Origin: Phoronis australis
Lineage: Eukaryota > Animalia > Phoronida
DNA length: 64,000 bases
Reading direction: 5' to 3'
Assembly: GCA_002633005.1 (NCBI GenBank)
Contig: NMRA01000124.1
Span: 637,814-701,813 of the forward strand
Below, one piece after another: positions 38,230-52,900 of this stretch. The stretch's first letter is position 1. Each line of letters starts with the position of its first letter. Both the position numbers and the translations under genes were made by a program. Below the pieces are notes generated by a model, which worked only from the letters and a program-made list of their open reading frames with translations, had not been told where the DNA came from and did no database searches.

Positions 38230-38660
38230 CCACGCATAATACGATTCAAACCTTTCCATGGTACCGCTAAAAATGGTTTCCCACCAGCAAAAAAGAGTAT
38301 CAAAAAAGCCATTAGTTTCTCATAAAACCCGTCTCAGAGAATTCTCTCACAATTTTGGTTCTCAATGCACAAGCTTCGTAATGAGACAGGGCGGCACGCA
38401 CGTTTATCAGAGAGTGGAAGAATTGGTGAAATCTGCAACATTGGACACATTAAAAACGAGCTTCATTTTATGCGTCATTGCTCTGTCCTGGGTGATGTGA
38501 TCCGACATTTGCTGACCAATACGACAGATGATGAAAGTGTATTTAGCTTATTACTAAGTCACGATCCTTGTCATTTAAAAAGCCTGGCGCTCTTTATCTC
38601 AGAAGCAACAATGCTAAGAACTGAGATTTCATCACTGTAAAGTTGTAATGTAAACTGATG
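38230..38660 (+). mobile_element. Decayed LINE 3' end (ORF2 C-terminal zinc-knuckle region); related short piece at about 37880-37980
   Basis: HKLRNETGRHARLSESGRIGEICNIGHIKNELHFMRHC parallels the HxLxIExGR..C..C..E.E.HF...C motif at 18.8 kb. The segment gcaacaatgc(c/t)aagaa(a/c)tgagattt..tgtaaag is shared between 37898 and 38605. Confidence 0.7.
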
Positions 38661-40715
38661 GCAGAAATCAAACGTTGATATGACATGGAATACTGTTTTG
38701 TTGGAGTTAATAAGCTTATTTCAAGATTTTCATTTATAATGCCACAGGCTGAAGAAAATGCCCTTTTGAAGAAAGAAGAAAACTTAGATTGTGCAAAATG
38801 TTACCAATAAAAAGACAACGTTTTTATCTTTGAATCTCTGGTTTGTTTACTAATTTGTACGTTGTTAAGTATGTAAGTTGACCTTTTCAAAGCAATTTTG
38901 CACACGGGAATTTTAGAAAGTGGAAAAGTTAATGCATTAAAGCCTTAATTCAAGAAGAGCGGCTGAAACAAAACGAGGGAGTTGCCGGGGAGGTCCAAAC
39001 CATAACGTGAATGAGAAGACAGTGGTAGGCTGTACACGCCTGAACACGTGTCTCTTAGATTAGGTATAGGCAAATACTCAAAGGGTTTACACACACGCAA
39101 ACTAACAATCGAACAGAATGCAGTAAGGGGGTGCATTTCTATTATAATGGTACTCAGTCATGCTGAAGTCAAACCGTGTTTCTTTAATTGTTTGCCATAC
39201 AGTGTGACAGAGACGTGAGACTTTTAATTCTTGCTGGAATTAACAGTAGAGCTTTTTCTTTGTGTTAAACACAACATGTACAGTGCAACAGTCGTAAAGC
39301 AACACTCGGTCGAATTTGGATTAGTTGTGGTCATCCTTTGAAAATACAAAAAAGACAAATTTGGCAACAGTTTCTGTTCAAATTAACTGGAGAATTACTG
39401 TATAGCACATATTAAAAATGTTTTTGATGTCAAAAGGAAAAGCTCTTTCGAGGATTAATGTCATCACGGTAATGTGGAATCGGACAAAGCAAAACCGAAA
39501 GTGAAGATTATGGCCCACCGGCTCTCTAGCCTATTTTTCAATCAGCATGACTGATGCCAAAACTAGGCGCCACTTAGTTTTGAACTAAGTCCGCCCCAGT
39601 GAGTTGGAAAATTACGGAAAAACTAAAACTCCGTCACCTGGTCTGTCTTCCGTGGACGCAAGAAACTCGTGAAATGCTAGTTCACCTAACGCATCACAAT
39701 ATATCACCATGCACAGCAACTGAAGCTCATGATCACACTAGGTTTTATCACGAGTGTCTTAGGTCTACGGAATGCAACCCTGAACACCAAACCAAAACTA
39801 CTTCTGGTGATTCAGTTCAGATTCGACAGTGTCGACATCTCTTCCACCAGTAGAGTTAGACATCACAAAGCACACACAGAGGTCATTTACACAAGGACGG
39901 AAACATAACTAAGCTACTACATTGGGACATTGGGGTCACATGCACAAATCTCTCATCAAACTTTCGAAATATCCTTACAGACTTCCATAGGAGTGGATTC
40001 TTTAACATCCTGGGGTGAAAGAAAAGTTAAAGCAATGTAATTAAGCTATTTAACGAAGACACATTTTTGAGAATTTAAGCGTCTAGAAAGCCCAGTACTC
40101 TGAATAAGAACAGTGGTAAAAGTTCAAGGTCACCCGGGTCAAAAAAGCTGGACCTTACATGTTTTGCTTGGCAAAAGGAAAATGTATGATGTGTAGACAA
40201 AACATTAACATAAAGACACGACATGCCAGTCATACCGATCAGTGTTTATATTGTGCCACTGGATGGAACTCGCTATAGCGAAATTAATTCTAATGAACAG
40301 GACACAGAATTTTCAGACAAGAATTTTAGAAGATGATACATCGTGCAGTTAAAATCCTTCGTTGATAAACTGCTGATGCAGACTGTGCAAATGGACATAT
40401 TTTTTTAAAATAAATTAATAAATCTGTACAAGACAAGTACATATTACAATGGAAACAGAATGTCAAACCCCTACGACCATTTTTAAGTGGGAATAAACAT
40501 TGCATTCTAGTATTATTAAGTTACCAGCTAAACATTAAATAAATAAATAAACAAATAGAAAGTATCAATACAGGCAAAGCCCATTAATATCTTTTCAATG
40601 AGTGACACAAATTTGTCAAAGTCTGTCTACGATTAGACGAAACAAATAAATATAAAATTGGAGATGAAATGAGTATAACGTAAAATTATACATTTTGTCG
40701 ACATTCTGTTTCAAG

Positions 40716-40910
40716 TCACACACTAGAAAGGAATGAATCAACTTTCTCTACCATTTCTACTCCTTCCTTGTCGTCGACTTCAATCTTCAATATCCTGGCT
40801 ATCTCGGTAAAAGTCTTGTTTTTCGTCTCCGGCAGGAATTTCCACAAGAATGCTCCAAAAATAGCGAGAAAGACCATGAAAGGCATGAAAGAGTAAGCCT
40901 TAATGGCTTC
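40716..40910 (-). CDS. SLC2A: SLC2A exon 11 (TM12, PETK, tail ending SSV*)
   Basis: Acceptor ctcttacag|; [64 protein letters not shown]. Confidence 0.9.
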   Translation of the reverse strand, partial: EAIKAYSFMPFMVFLAIFGAFLWKFLPETKNKTFTEIARILKIEVDDKEGVEMVEKVDSFLSSV

Positions 40911-43900
40911 CTGTAAGAGACGAGAGGAAAACTGTGATGACGACGAGTAAGTACAAACAACGTTGTGGAAAAATTGTTGTCTTACGGTGACGGAAACCGT
41001 ATCTGTAATTCCAGTGCACCCTTTGTGATTGCTAACTCAAGCTGAGACATAAGCAACCATGGATAGTCGAAAAACCGGTAANATAGAATTTTACTTGCCG
41101 GATATACTGTGTGCTAAATACGTGAAAAATTACCGTACATTTAATTTGTCATGCTGACTACTAACCTGCATAGATGGGAAACCAATGGCAACCAAGAAGT
41201 TAGCGAACCAGTTCATGAAACCAGCGAAGGACATCGCAGGGGGTCGAGGACCCTGCTTGAACAGCTCGGCACCGATGAATTGTGGGATGGAACCTGTGGA
41301 TGAAAAAAGCAAAACTTTCCTTAGAGACCATTGTAAAGTACACAGAAGGCATTCACGATCAAGAGTAAAAATAGTGGTACACAGCTCAAAATGGGTATTT
41401 TATGCTAAAATATCACCATTTTCAGACAAAACAATTGCCATTTTGTTTCACTTTTCAAAACCTAATATTAATGTGAACGCCTATACTGTCTAAAAAATAA
41501 AGTCTGATGTTAGGTAAGGTAAATACATTAAAAATAATGAAGTGGTTATATAAACAGTGTTACTTAATCTTTTACACACAATAATGGAAAATACAAAATT
41601 TTACTCATTCACCATACAGTATCTTAAATTGCTGAGAACCTAACATAAATTTCGTCACACTTACCAAGACCTACAGCGAAGCTTATGACGAATAAAATGG
41701 TGCATACAACACTGATGTAGGACAACCAGTTTGCAATTTCATACAGATTTAGACATATAGTCATGACTGCAGCAGAAACAAACATTCCCAGCATGCCTCC
41801 CAATAATAGGATGCGGCGCCCTCCTCTGTCCATGAGTGGAACCTAGCAGAAAGTAGACATTTTTATAATTGAAATTCATCGGTAGATTCCCACATCTCAA
41901 AATCTTTGCTCTTCGTTTGCGGAGGTAGATAAGCACAGTTTTCGAAATGTGGGGGGTTAAACACACTTCTGAGTTGAGTCAGACAAGCAAAAAACGCTTA
42001 TCATGCCAGAATCAGATTCTTAATTTTCATGTCGGCATTACAACAGCAAAACTTTATTTATGTCAGAATGACAAATGGCAAACTAATTTTAATCTAAACT
42101 AGTCATTAATATGGCAGCTGCAACTGTTCTGCTTTGGGGCAAGTGTTCCACGGCTGCACGGCATTGTGGGTAATTATCGCCAAATCAGAGAGGGCATGGT
42201 AGCTATTGCAAACCTCTCAAAAACCATAAAATAACTTTGCTTTCTGGGAATGTAAGAAACTTGTAAACAACTTTCTTACCGAAATGACCGTCATGACGAC
42301 GTTAATCACGCCGGTACCCAACGTAGCGTACTGGACGTACTCCTCAGTGATTCCTGCCTTGTTAAACACACTCGTTGAGTAGTAGAACACCTGAAAGTGA
42401 AGAATAATTACAGTTGCTTCTGGTTTCAAGCGCTTACAACCAAACTGACCAGTTGTTCGTGACAACTGAAGAACAAAGTTTGCTCACATGATTTCCACAA
42501 AGCCCCCACTGTATATTTCAAAACATACAGACTCAACTGAAAGCTCATACCTGTGGCAATAACCCGCAAAACCCCACATGTCTGTTTCACAAAAACATTC
42601 TAACTTGATAACAGTAGACTTAAACCAAAACTTACTCACAACTGGTCACAAGATTCCCCAAGGTTCACACTCAGTATATCAAATGTCATAAAGTTACAAC
42701 AATCAAGTGAAACATGCCCAAGGAACAAAGGTTTTCTTACTACACATAATTGTTATAAGCAGAAACCAAAATTATCTGAACCCCATAAAACACTGAGTTA
42801 CAAAGACAGCTTTACAAAACATCTCATAGTCTGAGAGATTGCTATCAAATTGCTTGGAAAATGGCTACCACATAGGATTGTTACAGACTGCTATAGTATC
42901 CACCCATAGTTGTTTGATAGCTATCCAATGGTTATAGGCCTCCTGGTAATACGCGCAGTGATTTACCACAGGGGAGTGTATTGAAAACATTTTTTGAAAA
43001 CTTCGGGTGTACACCACACTTTTGCATTTTCAATGATACACAGCTGCCTGGTTAAACACACGCGTGTACTCAATGTAAACTACCATAACAGCTCTGGATT
43101 AGTTAGACATGTGGGAGATACAGCTGGCATGAACACACCTACAACTGGGATCAATATGTAACCTGAAGCACACATGATGGTAGCTGATCAAATTTACAAT
43201 CAAATTCTGTTTAACATATACAAAGAGGATGCGCTGTACATCTGTGACAATGAATGAATGAATGAATGAAGAATTTTTACTACCCTAATGCTGTGTCCTC
43301 ACGTCAACCAATAGAAAGACTTGATGGTGTCCCCAATGTAAACACAAATCAATCTAGCTGTTTTCATTTTTCAGAAGCATTAAGTCACATCATCATGAAT
43401 GTTTATGCCCAGACATAATGTTTTCTAGCGCTTCCTGGGCTTAAATGGACTTTGTGCATAAATGACCACTATACAGTCCTCGATCACTATTTGTGGGAAG
43501 TACGTTTTTTAAATTGTGGGGAGTACGGTATGTGATACTTTCCTTGCTTTTCGCAGTGATTGCTTCAGTTCAGTGGCTAACAAAGCCGCCCACACAAAGA
43601 CTTAACCGAGAACAAGTTACTTGGGTAACTTGTGCCACTTGTAATTGCTGTGTGGCCACAAACAAGTGATAGAGCAGAAGTAATTATCAGCTACGGTTGC
43701 ATACAGAGGGGTGTCTTTAGCGCCGTACTCGCCTTAGGTGTCAAGCACAGAGCAACAAATTCTGCCAGATTTGTGAGTGCGGATGCTCCACTTAAATGTG
43801 GGGTAAGCTGCACTAGTGCAAGTTACCGTAATCGTTCGGGTTAACGCCCATGCTCAGTTAACCGCCCATCCCCGACTTTAAGTGGATTTTCGATTTAACC

Positions 43901-46900
43901 GCCCACTGCTCGGTTAACCGCCCTCCCCCGATTTTTTGGATTCGCCAATTTAACCGCCTAGGGCGTTAACCCGAACGATTACAGTAGTTTAGGTTAGGCA
44001 ATAGGCATGTGTATGTGTGGTCTAGCACTTTATAGTAACAAGGTAAGACCATCAACTGGGTCAGACAGATCAGGGTCACCATGTTTTATTCATTAAATGT
44101 TAAACTACTTATTCATTTGATGTGAACACAAATCACTAATGGCAAATATTCTCTTGACATATTCTCCGATGAAAAGAAATTTTATGCATGAACAAAAGTG
44201 GCTAAGATATATATTTCCATAATCGAGGCTTTAAGCTAAATTTAAATTTCATGTCGTGAAGTCAAAGCATCTTGTAACTGAAAAATACAAAAAACTCTAA
44301 AGTTTTAAAAATTAAAATGTCTGTTTTCAAACTAAAATGCAAACTCGTGAGAACACATACACACAGAGAAACTAGTGCGTACTTTTATGAATGGTCTGAA
44401 GAGGACAAACAAGTTGACAAGAGAAAGTAAGAATGCCAGCAGTTAATATTTGTCTAAATGCACTATTCAACAATTAAAGTTCGGTTGCTTCGTTTCTTGG
44501 AACTAAATAGGCTTGGTTACTTTTCAAACTTGATACTTGGAACACTTATGGCATACCATCATACTTGAAATTGTTACAAAAAGTAAAACAAAACCCCATG
44601 CCCACACCAGCAACTAGTCACAGTTCAGTGAATTTGTAAATGAAACTAGATTTAAAATGAATTACTGGTAGTATGAGATTAATGGGGTAATGAGTTCCCA
44701 ACCACAGCATATAGTAAACATGAGAACAGCAATGGGATATCACACTCAGTAAGGGCAAAAAAGTAATAGTAAGGTTTCCTCGAGATAAACGAAGAAAATT
44801 CCATTCTATTTTAGTTTCAAATACAGTTTCATCAGTCATGAAAAAGCGCATAATAAAATGGACTTTCTAACAATGTTGAAAATGGAAAAGACAATTTTGG
44901 CAATCGTATTTGTTCAAATATCGTGAAACTCATTTCTGTCAATTTCAATCCTACGCCTATCATAACATTTCCCTTTGCCTCATCTTTGAACTCATTCACA
45001 TGTACATATCAATTTTAACATCTCTAATGGTATTCAATACCTAATTTACAATGTACCAAGAACCCATACCTTAGTTAAGGAACCATGGGGGTATATGCTT
45101 GCACCAGGACACTTGATGTTATTGCAAAACCCCACATAGCTGGAAACAGTTTGAATTTACATAGCGAGGGCCATGGCTGGCGATACGCGTTCACATAGCT
45201 ACAAACATTACTGGTCACCATGTGTTCACTTAGCAAAAAACGTTGCTGGTGACGAGCGTTCACATAGTTACAAACATTGCTGGTGACCATGGGTTCGCAT
45301 AGCTAAAAATGTTGCTGGTGATGCGCGTTCACATAGCTACAAACATTGCTGGTGACCATGTGTTCACGTAGCTAAAAACGTTGCTGGTGATGCGTGTTCA
45401 CATAGCTACAAACATTGCTGATGACCATGTGTTCACGTAGCTAAAAACGTTGCTTGTGACGAGCGTTCACATAGCTACAAACATTGCTGGTGACCATGTG
45501 TTCACATAAGGCACAAACATTGATCGTGATATGTGTTCACATAGCAACATTCTAAATTCTGCAAAATACACTAGACAAGAGGAATGTTTGGTCTCTGTTA
45601 ACACAGCTTGTTTTGAACACCAGAAATAAAAACTGGACAAAGCAAGACACTTTTGTTTTATCTCACAATGTTATTAAAATTGTATGTAGAATATTTTGTA
45701 TTTTACCAGTAACTAGCATTTAGACATTTTCATTGTTTAGTGTGACGAAAACCCAGACACATTATACTCTAAACACAATTTTGAACACCACCTATGAACA
45801 CATCTGCCAACTGTGTTTCAAGGGCATATCAACAGCACTTTTAAGTTATTTTGATAACCTTCAGATAAATACAAGATAGTCTGTCAGATAAAAAGAAGGC
45901 TCCTTGTCTGTAACTGTATAGCTGTGATGTCTCACATCAATGTCATGCTGAAGGCTGTGATTACCACAAGAACAGAGGGTTGCTAAGCTACGGTTAATAA
46001 AAATTGATACCAGGCTATTAAAGCTATAGCATATAAAAGCTATACTACAAAAAAATATTTTAAAACATCTGTGTTAGAATGTATGGTCTTCAATACGGCA
46101 TCAATTGGTAATAAAAAATTTAACAATGCTGAACACAATTAACTCGTAATTAAGTCAGAGAATCAACAATAAATACTAAATGTGATAGATTTGGGCATCT
46201 TGCCAAGAAATCACACAAGATTTAATATACCAATCAATACATAACATAACTGGCACAGAGCCACTGAGTATTTATACAAAATCAATAAAGCGTTCCTCCT
46301 CTATTCACGCAAGGGTTCGATAAGTATAATTATCACACTTGGTAACAAAAGCAAAATTATGAGCCCATAATGGGACTAAACTACAGAAGTGCAGAGGTAA
46401 GTAATGTGTTCACTTCAAACGTATGCAGTCCACTGGACCTGGGCCAAATGTTAAGTAAAACTTATAAATGACATCAGTACAATTTCAAAAATTTCAGATC
46501 AAAAAAATTGTTGCCGGAATTGACTTTTTTCCATTTACAAAAGCTGCTATGATTGTGAATGCCCGCAATTTCTGATAAGTTTGTTCGACAGTAGTTATTT
46601 TATGCAATTTTTAAATGCCAGTCATGAAAGAATGACAATGCCTTCAGTTTGTGCTACTTAGTTTTCAAGAAAAAGATCGAAAATAAAATTTCACTGGCCA
46701 GATTTTACACCACCTCCTACCGCTACGGACATCAAGGCAAAGTTTTCACTTCCATTTTTGCTTTGGTTTTCATGCGTTTCAGTCTAATGCATCCAACCAT
46801 GTCAGCTGCTGACAGGCTGCATTAAATTTGTAGCAAAGTGACGGCTTCTCTCTACTTAGTGTGGTATAAAAAATACAACAACAGTTGCTGGACGAATAAA

Positions 46901-49900
46901 ATTCATTAATTTCGGACAAGCGTAATTACTAAAATAGCCACTGTTCTACATTTCATAGACTTCTAACATCACTTATAAATATTCAAAATTTTACCACTCT
47001 AAAATCTCTCAAAGTTTGGACAAAAATAATTGGCAAAATTGCCCGTTTTTCATTTTTTAAGGGCTTCTAACATTGAACGTACACAATTCTTCAAAATATT
47101 GTCAGATGGTAGTTTTGGCACTGGACTCAAAACATATATGGAGATGCATTACTTTGATGCAACATGTCTTCTAATCCATGAAAAGATGCAGAAATAAGAT
47201 TTCATTAATGTGCCATATTGCGCCCTCAACTGGTGAGGAATTTTAAAGGATAAAGGAGATTTGGACAGGATTCAACCCGGGGGGTCACTCACATTGAGAA
47301 GGTGCCCGTAGGCGTAAAATTGCGGGTAGGTGGTACTTTTTCAGCAACTTTTGCGGGACCCGCGCGGGGTCCAATAGGCCCCTAAATTTTTGTTTTGTCC
47401 CTACAAAAGCCCCACTGCATTGGGGGAGAGGCAGAACAATCTACCCACAAAAGGGGTGGTAATTAGCTGACCTCGCACGTGCAATAGGGGGTCTCTCAGC
47501 AATTTTTGGTACATATGAGTGACCCTCCACCCCCAGGGCTTCAACGTCATTTCAGTATAGCAGCAGACATCTATTTTTGGTGGAGGTCTAAAAGAATGCC
47601 ATGTCTTCTGAGAAGAGAACCAAACACCTTGATGCTCCAGAAAATAAAATAACATTTTCTCTTGCCCCACTTCATAGTGAACACTACAAAGACCAAACTT
47701 GCTTATAAAAGGTGTTCTTCAAACTTGCACTCAGGATACAATATAACCCTCATGGAGCAAATCTATTCAAAACAAATGAGGCGCCTATGGGCCACTCTCC
47801 TGAATGCACACTGTATCAAGATAGAAGGAATATAACTTTAGAAGCTCAAAAGGTACCAGCTAGCCTGATGCAGTGCAAACTTCTCCACTTTCTGCCAACC
47901 AAACATCTAGCTTTTCAATGTGTTGACACAGTTATGAGCTTTTATTACGTAACTTTACCTAACAAGCTCGGTGAGAGTGTGCAGAGGTTAATTTATATTA
48001 CAGTAATTTACATTGCAGAGCTGACAGCTGAATTTCAGTTGATCACCTACCAGCATCAATCATCTCAACATGGATGACTACTGTTATCATTACACAAGGA
48101 GTCGCTACATGTCACACACTAAATAGTTGTCATAACTTCAATACAGGAACATGACACCCAAATAAATCACCAGTCCAAAGTCAATCCTAGGATTACAAAT
48201 CAAATACGCTAATTGTCACTTACAGTGCTCCAGGGTTTTGAGAACCATTTTTTCCACTATTGGGAGTAACGGGCATTTCTTGAAATATGGTGCCCCTGCA
48301 AGTGAGGACATGGCCTATTCAACCCTATTCAACCATTAAATTTTGGCTCAGTATGTCACAGGTCTTTAACTTTGATTTGTAGGTCAAATAACCAAATAAT
48401 TCTATTTAGAAGGTGAGTACCCATGATACATGACATTTGTGTTGGGTCTTGATTATTAGGAGAAAGCCTCTACCCCACCAAGTTCCCTCTAAAGCCCTGC
48501 TCAAGATACAACAAGAACACTCCCTAGATTCACAGCATCACCAGCTTGAGTCAACACCAGTGTGTGTCATGTACTAACCTTTTGTTTACCCATTCTGTTA
48601 AACACACAAACCCTTATTTTCAAGGGGCCAGACAGTGAAATGAGCCACAGTTTCTGTGACCACATGACCTATATTCTTGAGGACAGCCACCACTGTATGG
48701 CAGCATTCATCAGCCGATCAGAAGCTGACCCCAGTGACCTCACATGTTGACTTTGTGACAGAGATATTCTATTCAGCTTTGCAACTCCTAAGTCAACCGA
48801 ACCATTGACTGGGACCCAGAATAGAGTTCAATAGCTGTTTAGCTGAGAGAAAAATCTAGCCAAAATCAGTTTGCTTTTCTTAGCCTATAATGGTAAAGAG
48901 AATTTACAAGCCGTATTGAAATTTTGACTACCCAATTTTTATCAACTCATTGTGAAACTAAGATAAGACCATTTCTGTTCTAATTTAAGCGATCTGCTGA
49001 TATTTAAATAACGCAAGCAAAATTTCTTTGTCTAAAAGTTGAATTTCTTGAAAAATGTACACTGTAGCACAGAAAAAATCCTCAACCAACCAGCGAATTT
49101 AGGATGTCACACGGAGAGGGGGGGGGCAGCCATATTTTTTGAAGGACACACATTCGTGGTATCCCTAAGCATTAGTATAAAAATATCAGAAATCTGCTAG
49201 CACTTATTACTATTACTAAAATCAATATACTCAGTATGTGGATGACCAGTAGCATGCCGGCGCTACACTTCATTTTTAGTTTTGTACGGGGGGGGGGACG
49301 TGAGCACTCTTAAATCTGCCAATGTCATCCCAACAGTTAAGATTATCCAAGTAGTCCCTCCCTACACAGTGGTGGCAAATTGATCCTTGGCTGTCTCATT
49401 TCTTNCCGATCTGAAGCTGACCCCAGTGACCTCACATGTTGACTTTGTGACAGAGATATTCTATTCAGCTTTGCAACTCCTAAGTCAACCGAACCATTGA
49501 CTGGGACCCAGAATAGAGTTCAATAGCTGTTTAGCTAAGAGAAAAATCTAGCCAAAATCAGTTTGCTTTTCTTAGCCTATAATGGTAAAGAGAATTTACA
49601 AGCCGTATTGAAATTTTGACTACCCAATTTTTATCAACTCATTGAAAATCTAAAATAAGACCATTTCTGTTCTAATTTAAGCGATGCGCTGATATTCAAA
49701 TAACGCAAGCAAAATTTCTTTGTCTAAAAGTTGAATTTCTTGAAAAATGTACACTGTAGCACAGAAAAAATCCTCAACCAACCAGCGAATTTAGGATGTC
49801 ACACGGAGAGGGGGGGGGCAGCCATATTTTTTGAAGGACACACATTCGTGGTATCCCTAAGCATTAGTATAAAAATATCAGAAATCTGCTAGCACTTATT

Positions 49901-52900
49901 ACTATTACTAAAATCAATATACTCAGTATGTGGATGACCAGTAGCATGCCGGCGCTACACTTCATTTTTAGTTTTGTACGGGGGGGGGGACGTGAGCACT
50001 CTTAAATCTGCCAATGTCATCCCAACAGTTAAGATTATCCAAGTAGTCCCTCCCTACACAGTGGTGGCAAATTGATCCTTGGCTGTCTCATTTCTTTGTT
50101 CACTTACAGGTAAATCAGCTTACTGACATTATCTCAGGGGGCACACTTATACCTACATATAATGACAGAGCAAGGATAAGAATCTATTATGGTAGCATGA
50201 AACGTAACCTTTCCTAAAATTTGAACAAAATAATTGTCATTTTCCACCTTTCAAAACCTAACTGTATATTGTTAAAATGCTCAAATTTCATTGTGTGTTT
50301 GTAGACGATAGCTGCCTAGGAGTGAAACATGTAAGCAGTTTATAGTTAAAAACTCGATGTTTGGTTGCTTCTAAATTGCGGCACCGTTATTTTCCAGTAC
50401 ATTCCCATTGATACTGGGTGGGGTAGGGATATTCAGTAAACACATGTCACTATACAGGAAGCCAGAGCACAAGAAGAACTTGACCGGTGATAGCCATGGT
50501 GCTCCACAAACAAGTGATGTTGACCTTCTGGACACAGGTCAGCACATTATATAACAGCTCAGTGAGACCTGTCCAGCCAGATTACTTAGCACTGAATGTG
50601 TCACACTCAGCTGGTTATTCTGGTATGCATGAAATGAACTTCAAAGCTATTGGAGGCAACAACAATAAAATTCCACCCTTATTTGCCGACAGCACAGGAA
50701 TAATAAATTCAAAAAACAGCTTAATCTTGATCTTAATGATGGAATAAATGACTATAATACACAGCGCACACTGTGGATATGTGTGAAAACATTCAGCTAC
50801 ATGTGATAAAATAACTGGATGTCAGCCAAGAAAACTATCCCAAAATATTTTCATCCACCTGCATCATTGAAAACAGAAATAGCTTTTTCACATACTAGTA
50901 TCATGTGACACAACAAGAAAGTCTAACCTACCACATTGATGCCAGATAGCTGTTGTGCGACTGCAAGAACGCTGACCAGCGCCAGCGGGAGACGGTGAGG
51001 CTTGCTCTTGAAAAGCTGGAGAAATGTCCACTCAGGCTCGGACTGTTGTACCTTGACTTCATTTCTCATTTCCTGAATGTCGTAAAAGACATCATGGTCT
51101 TGCCCGCGGAATTTCTTCAAAGCTACACAAATATAAAGCAGTGCAATGATTTAACTTCCATCTTGAAAAATAAAAATATTTTGCCGACCAGACAACCATT
51201 CGTAAAGGACTGAGGGTCAGGCAAAGGGAAATAGATGCTAGACGCCAACATGGTCCACGGCAAATTAACTCATGAATGAACAAAGGAATCCTGACCAATC
51301 TGACCAATGAATTTAAGCTGGTAAACTTACTTCATGAAATAAAGTAAATTAGTTTCCTATCTCCTGACCTACACTCATCATATTTCTTTAGCATCCTGTT
51401 ACCATGGAGACAAATGCAGGCACATATCTTCACTAATTGCACACTAGCTCAGGCAGCAGCATTGGCTAAGCTTTATGGCTAAACAGGCTTTGACACTCTG
51501 TGGTAAAAAGTTGTGCCTGATCATATGCACCACATTAGTAGCCAGTCTGTGAGCCAATTAGAGGCAATCATCCAACTTGCAAGTTCGTTCATAATGGCAT
51601 CAATTTGGATTGATTTTTTTTGCGACAGTGCATATGTGCAAAGTGGTTTCTGACCAAATCTTTTTGCCATTTTCACGGTTTCTGAGTAGAGTTTTCGAAG
51701 ACTACTCAACACAGGGCAATTTCCGAACATCAACTTTTTCAGAGCCACAACCTGAACACAACACCAGAGCTCAGAACTAACGAGTCAGTATACACCAATG
51801 AATATAGAAAAGCTCCTTTGGAGCTTTAGTGACTTCTTGACAGCAGATGATAAGGGACATGTACTAAGGATGTAAAGCCAACAGTTTATTTGGCCAATTA
51901 GAGATTCCATTAAGCCCTCAGTATGCTAAGGACATGAAAACATGAGCGTAATGTGATTGGACTATTAATAACAACACGCATTTTTGGCATCAGTTCAGAG
52001 TTCCCTTTTTGTTCAAGACATGATTCACAACGCCCTAGTTTCCATGCCCTCATGAAAAACAGAGCTAGTCAAGTAAGTTTAGACTAATTTTGATCTGAAT
52101 CATAAATGCTCTTAACTATAAATGGAGCAAATCACATGATTTCTATACTGGCATGTGACCAACATCTGCAGTTTGCACAAAAGTAGTGAAGGGTTATCAC
52201 AGAAGACCACAGCACATAAGCCAGATCTCAGCATCGTATTGATGGTTCAGTCCAATCAATAGTCAGTTCTGGAGCAGGCAGTCAGAAACCCCAAGAGAGA
52301 CCCATACTAAACATTTAATTACAAGAATACCATTCACAGTAACATCAAACTAAGTGCTAGACAGCTGGATATGTGCTACACTAAATGCCTGGATACATAA
52401 GGAGATGCAAAGGTTTATAATGGGAACTATATACATGTAAGAGCTTTAAACAGAGTTACTGAAAAAAGTAGGAAATAGTTTCAAAACTTCACAGCCAGAG
52501 TTGAGGAGTACATGCACAAATGACTGATACAATTCATCGAATCCTCGAAATACCCTTTCCCAATGTCACGTTTAGATAGCAATATTCACAGCGCCAACTG
52601 CGGTGGGGCAAGTTGCCTCGCCACACAAAAGCAGATTACCTCCCCTGCAAAAACATCTAGCTACTTACATTCTTCAGCCTCCTGTTCATTTCCTAGTTTG
52701 ACGAGGAGGAACCGTGGACTTTCTGGCATGAACGGCAAGACGATGCACGAGACAACGGCTGGAGCGGCAGTCAACGCAAGGAGAATAGGCCATCCCCCGC
52801 TGTTGCCTGAAACGGGATTTCACGATACTGTTGATAGCGAAATTTCAATTAAAATTTTTAATTAAGTTGTATGCACTTATCTCATTGTTTCCTGGCTCGT

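Noticed and set aside
39321-39335. Possible micro terminal exon (DDHN*) for SLC2A after a polypyrimidine tract
   Set aside because: The AAG acceptor is atypical and four codons give no testable signal without RNA data.
45175-45548. CRISPR-like periodicity of about 35 bp
   Set aside because: No unique spacers, no cas genes, and it lies in a eukaryotic intron.
41185-52865. + strand ORFs at 41185, 50953 and 52563
   Set aside because: Antisense shadows of SLC2A exons.
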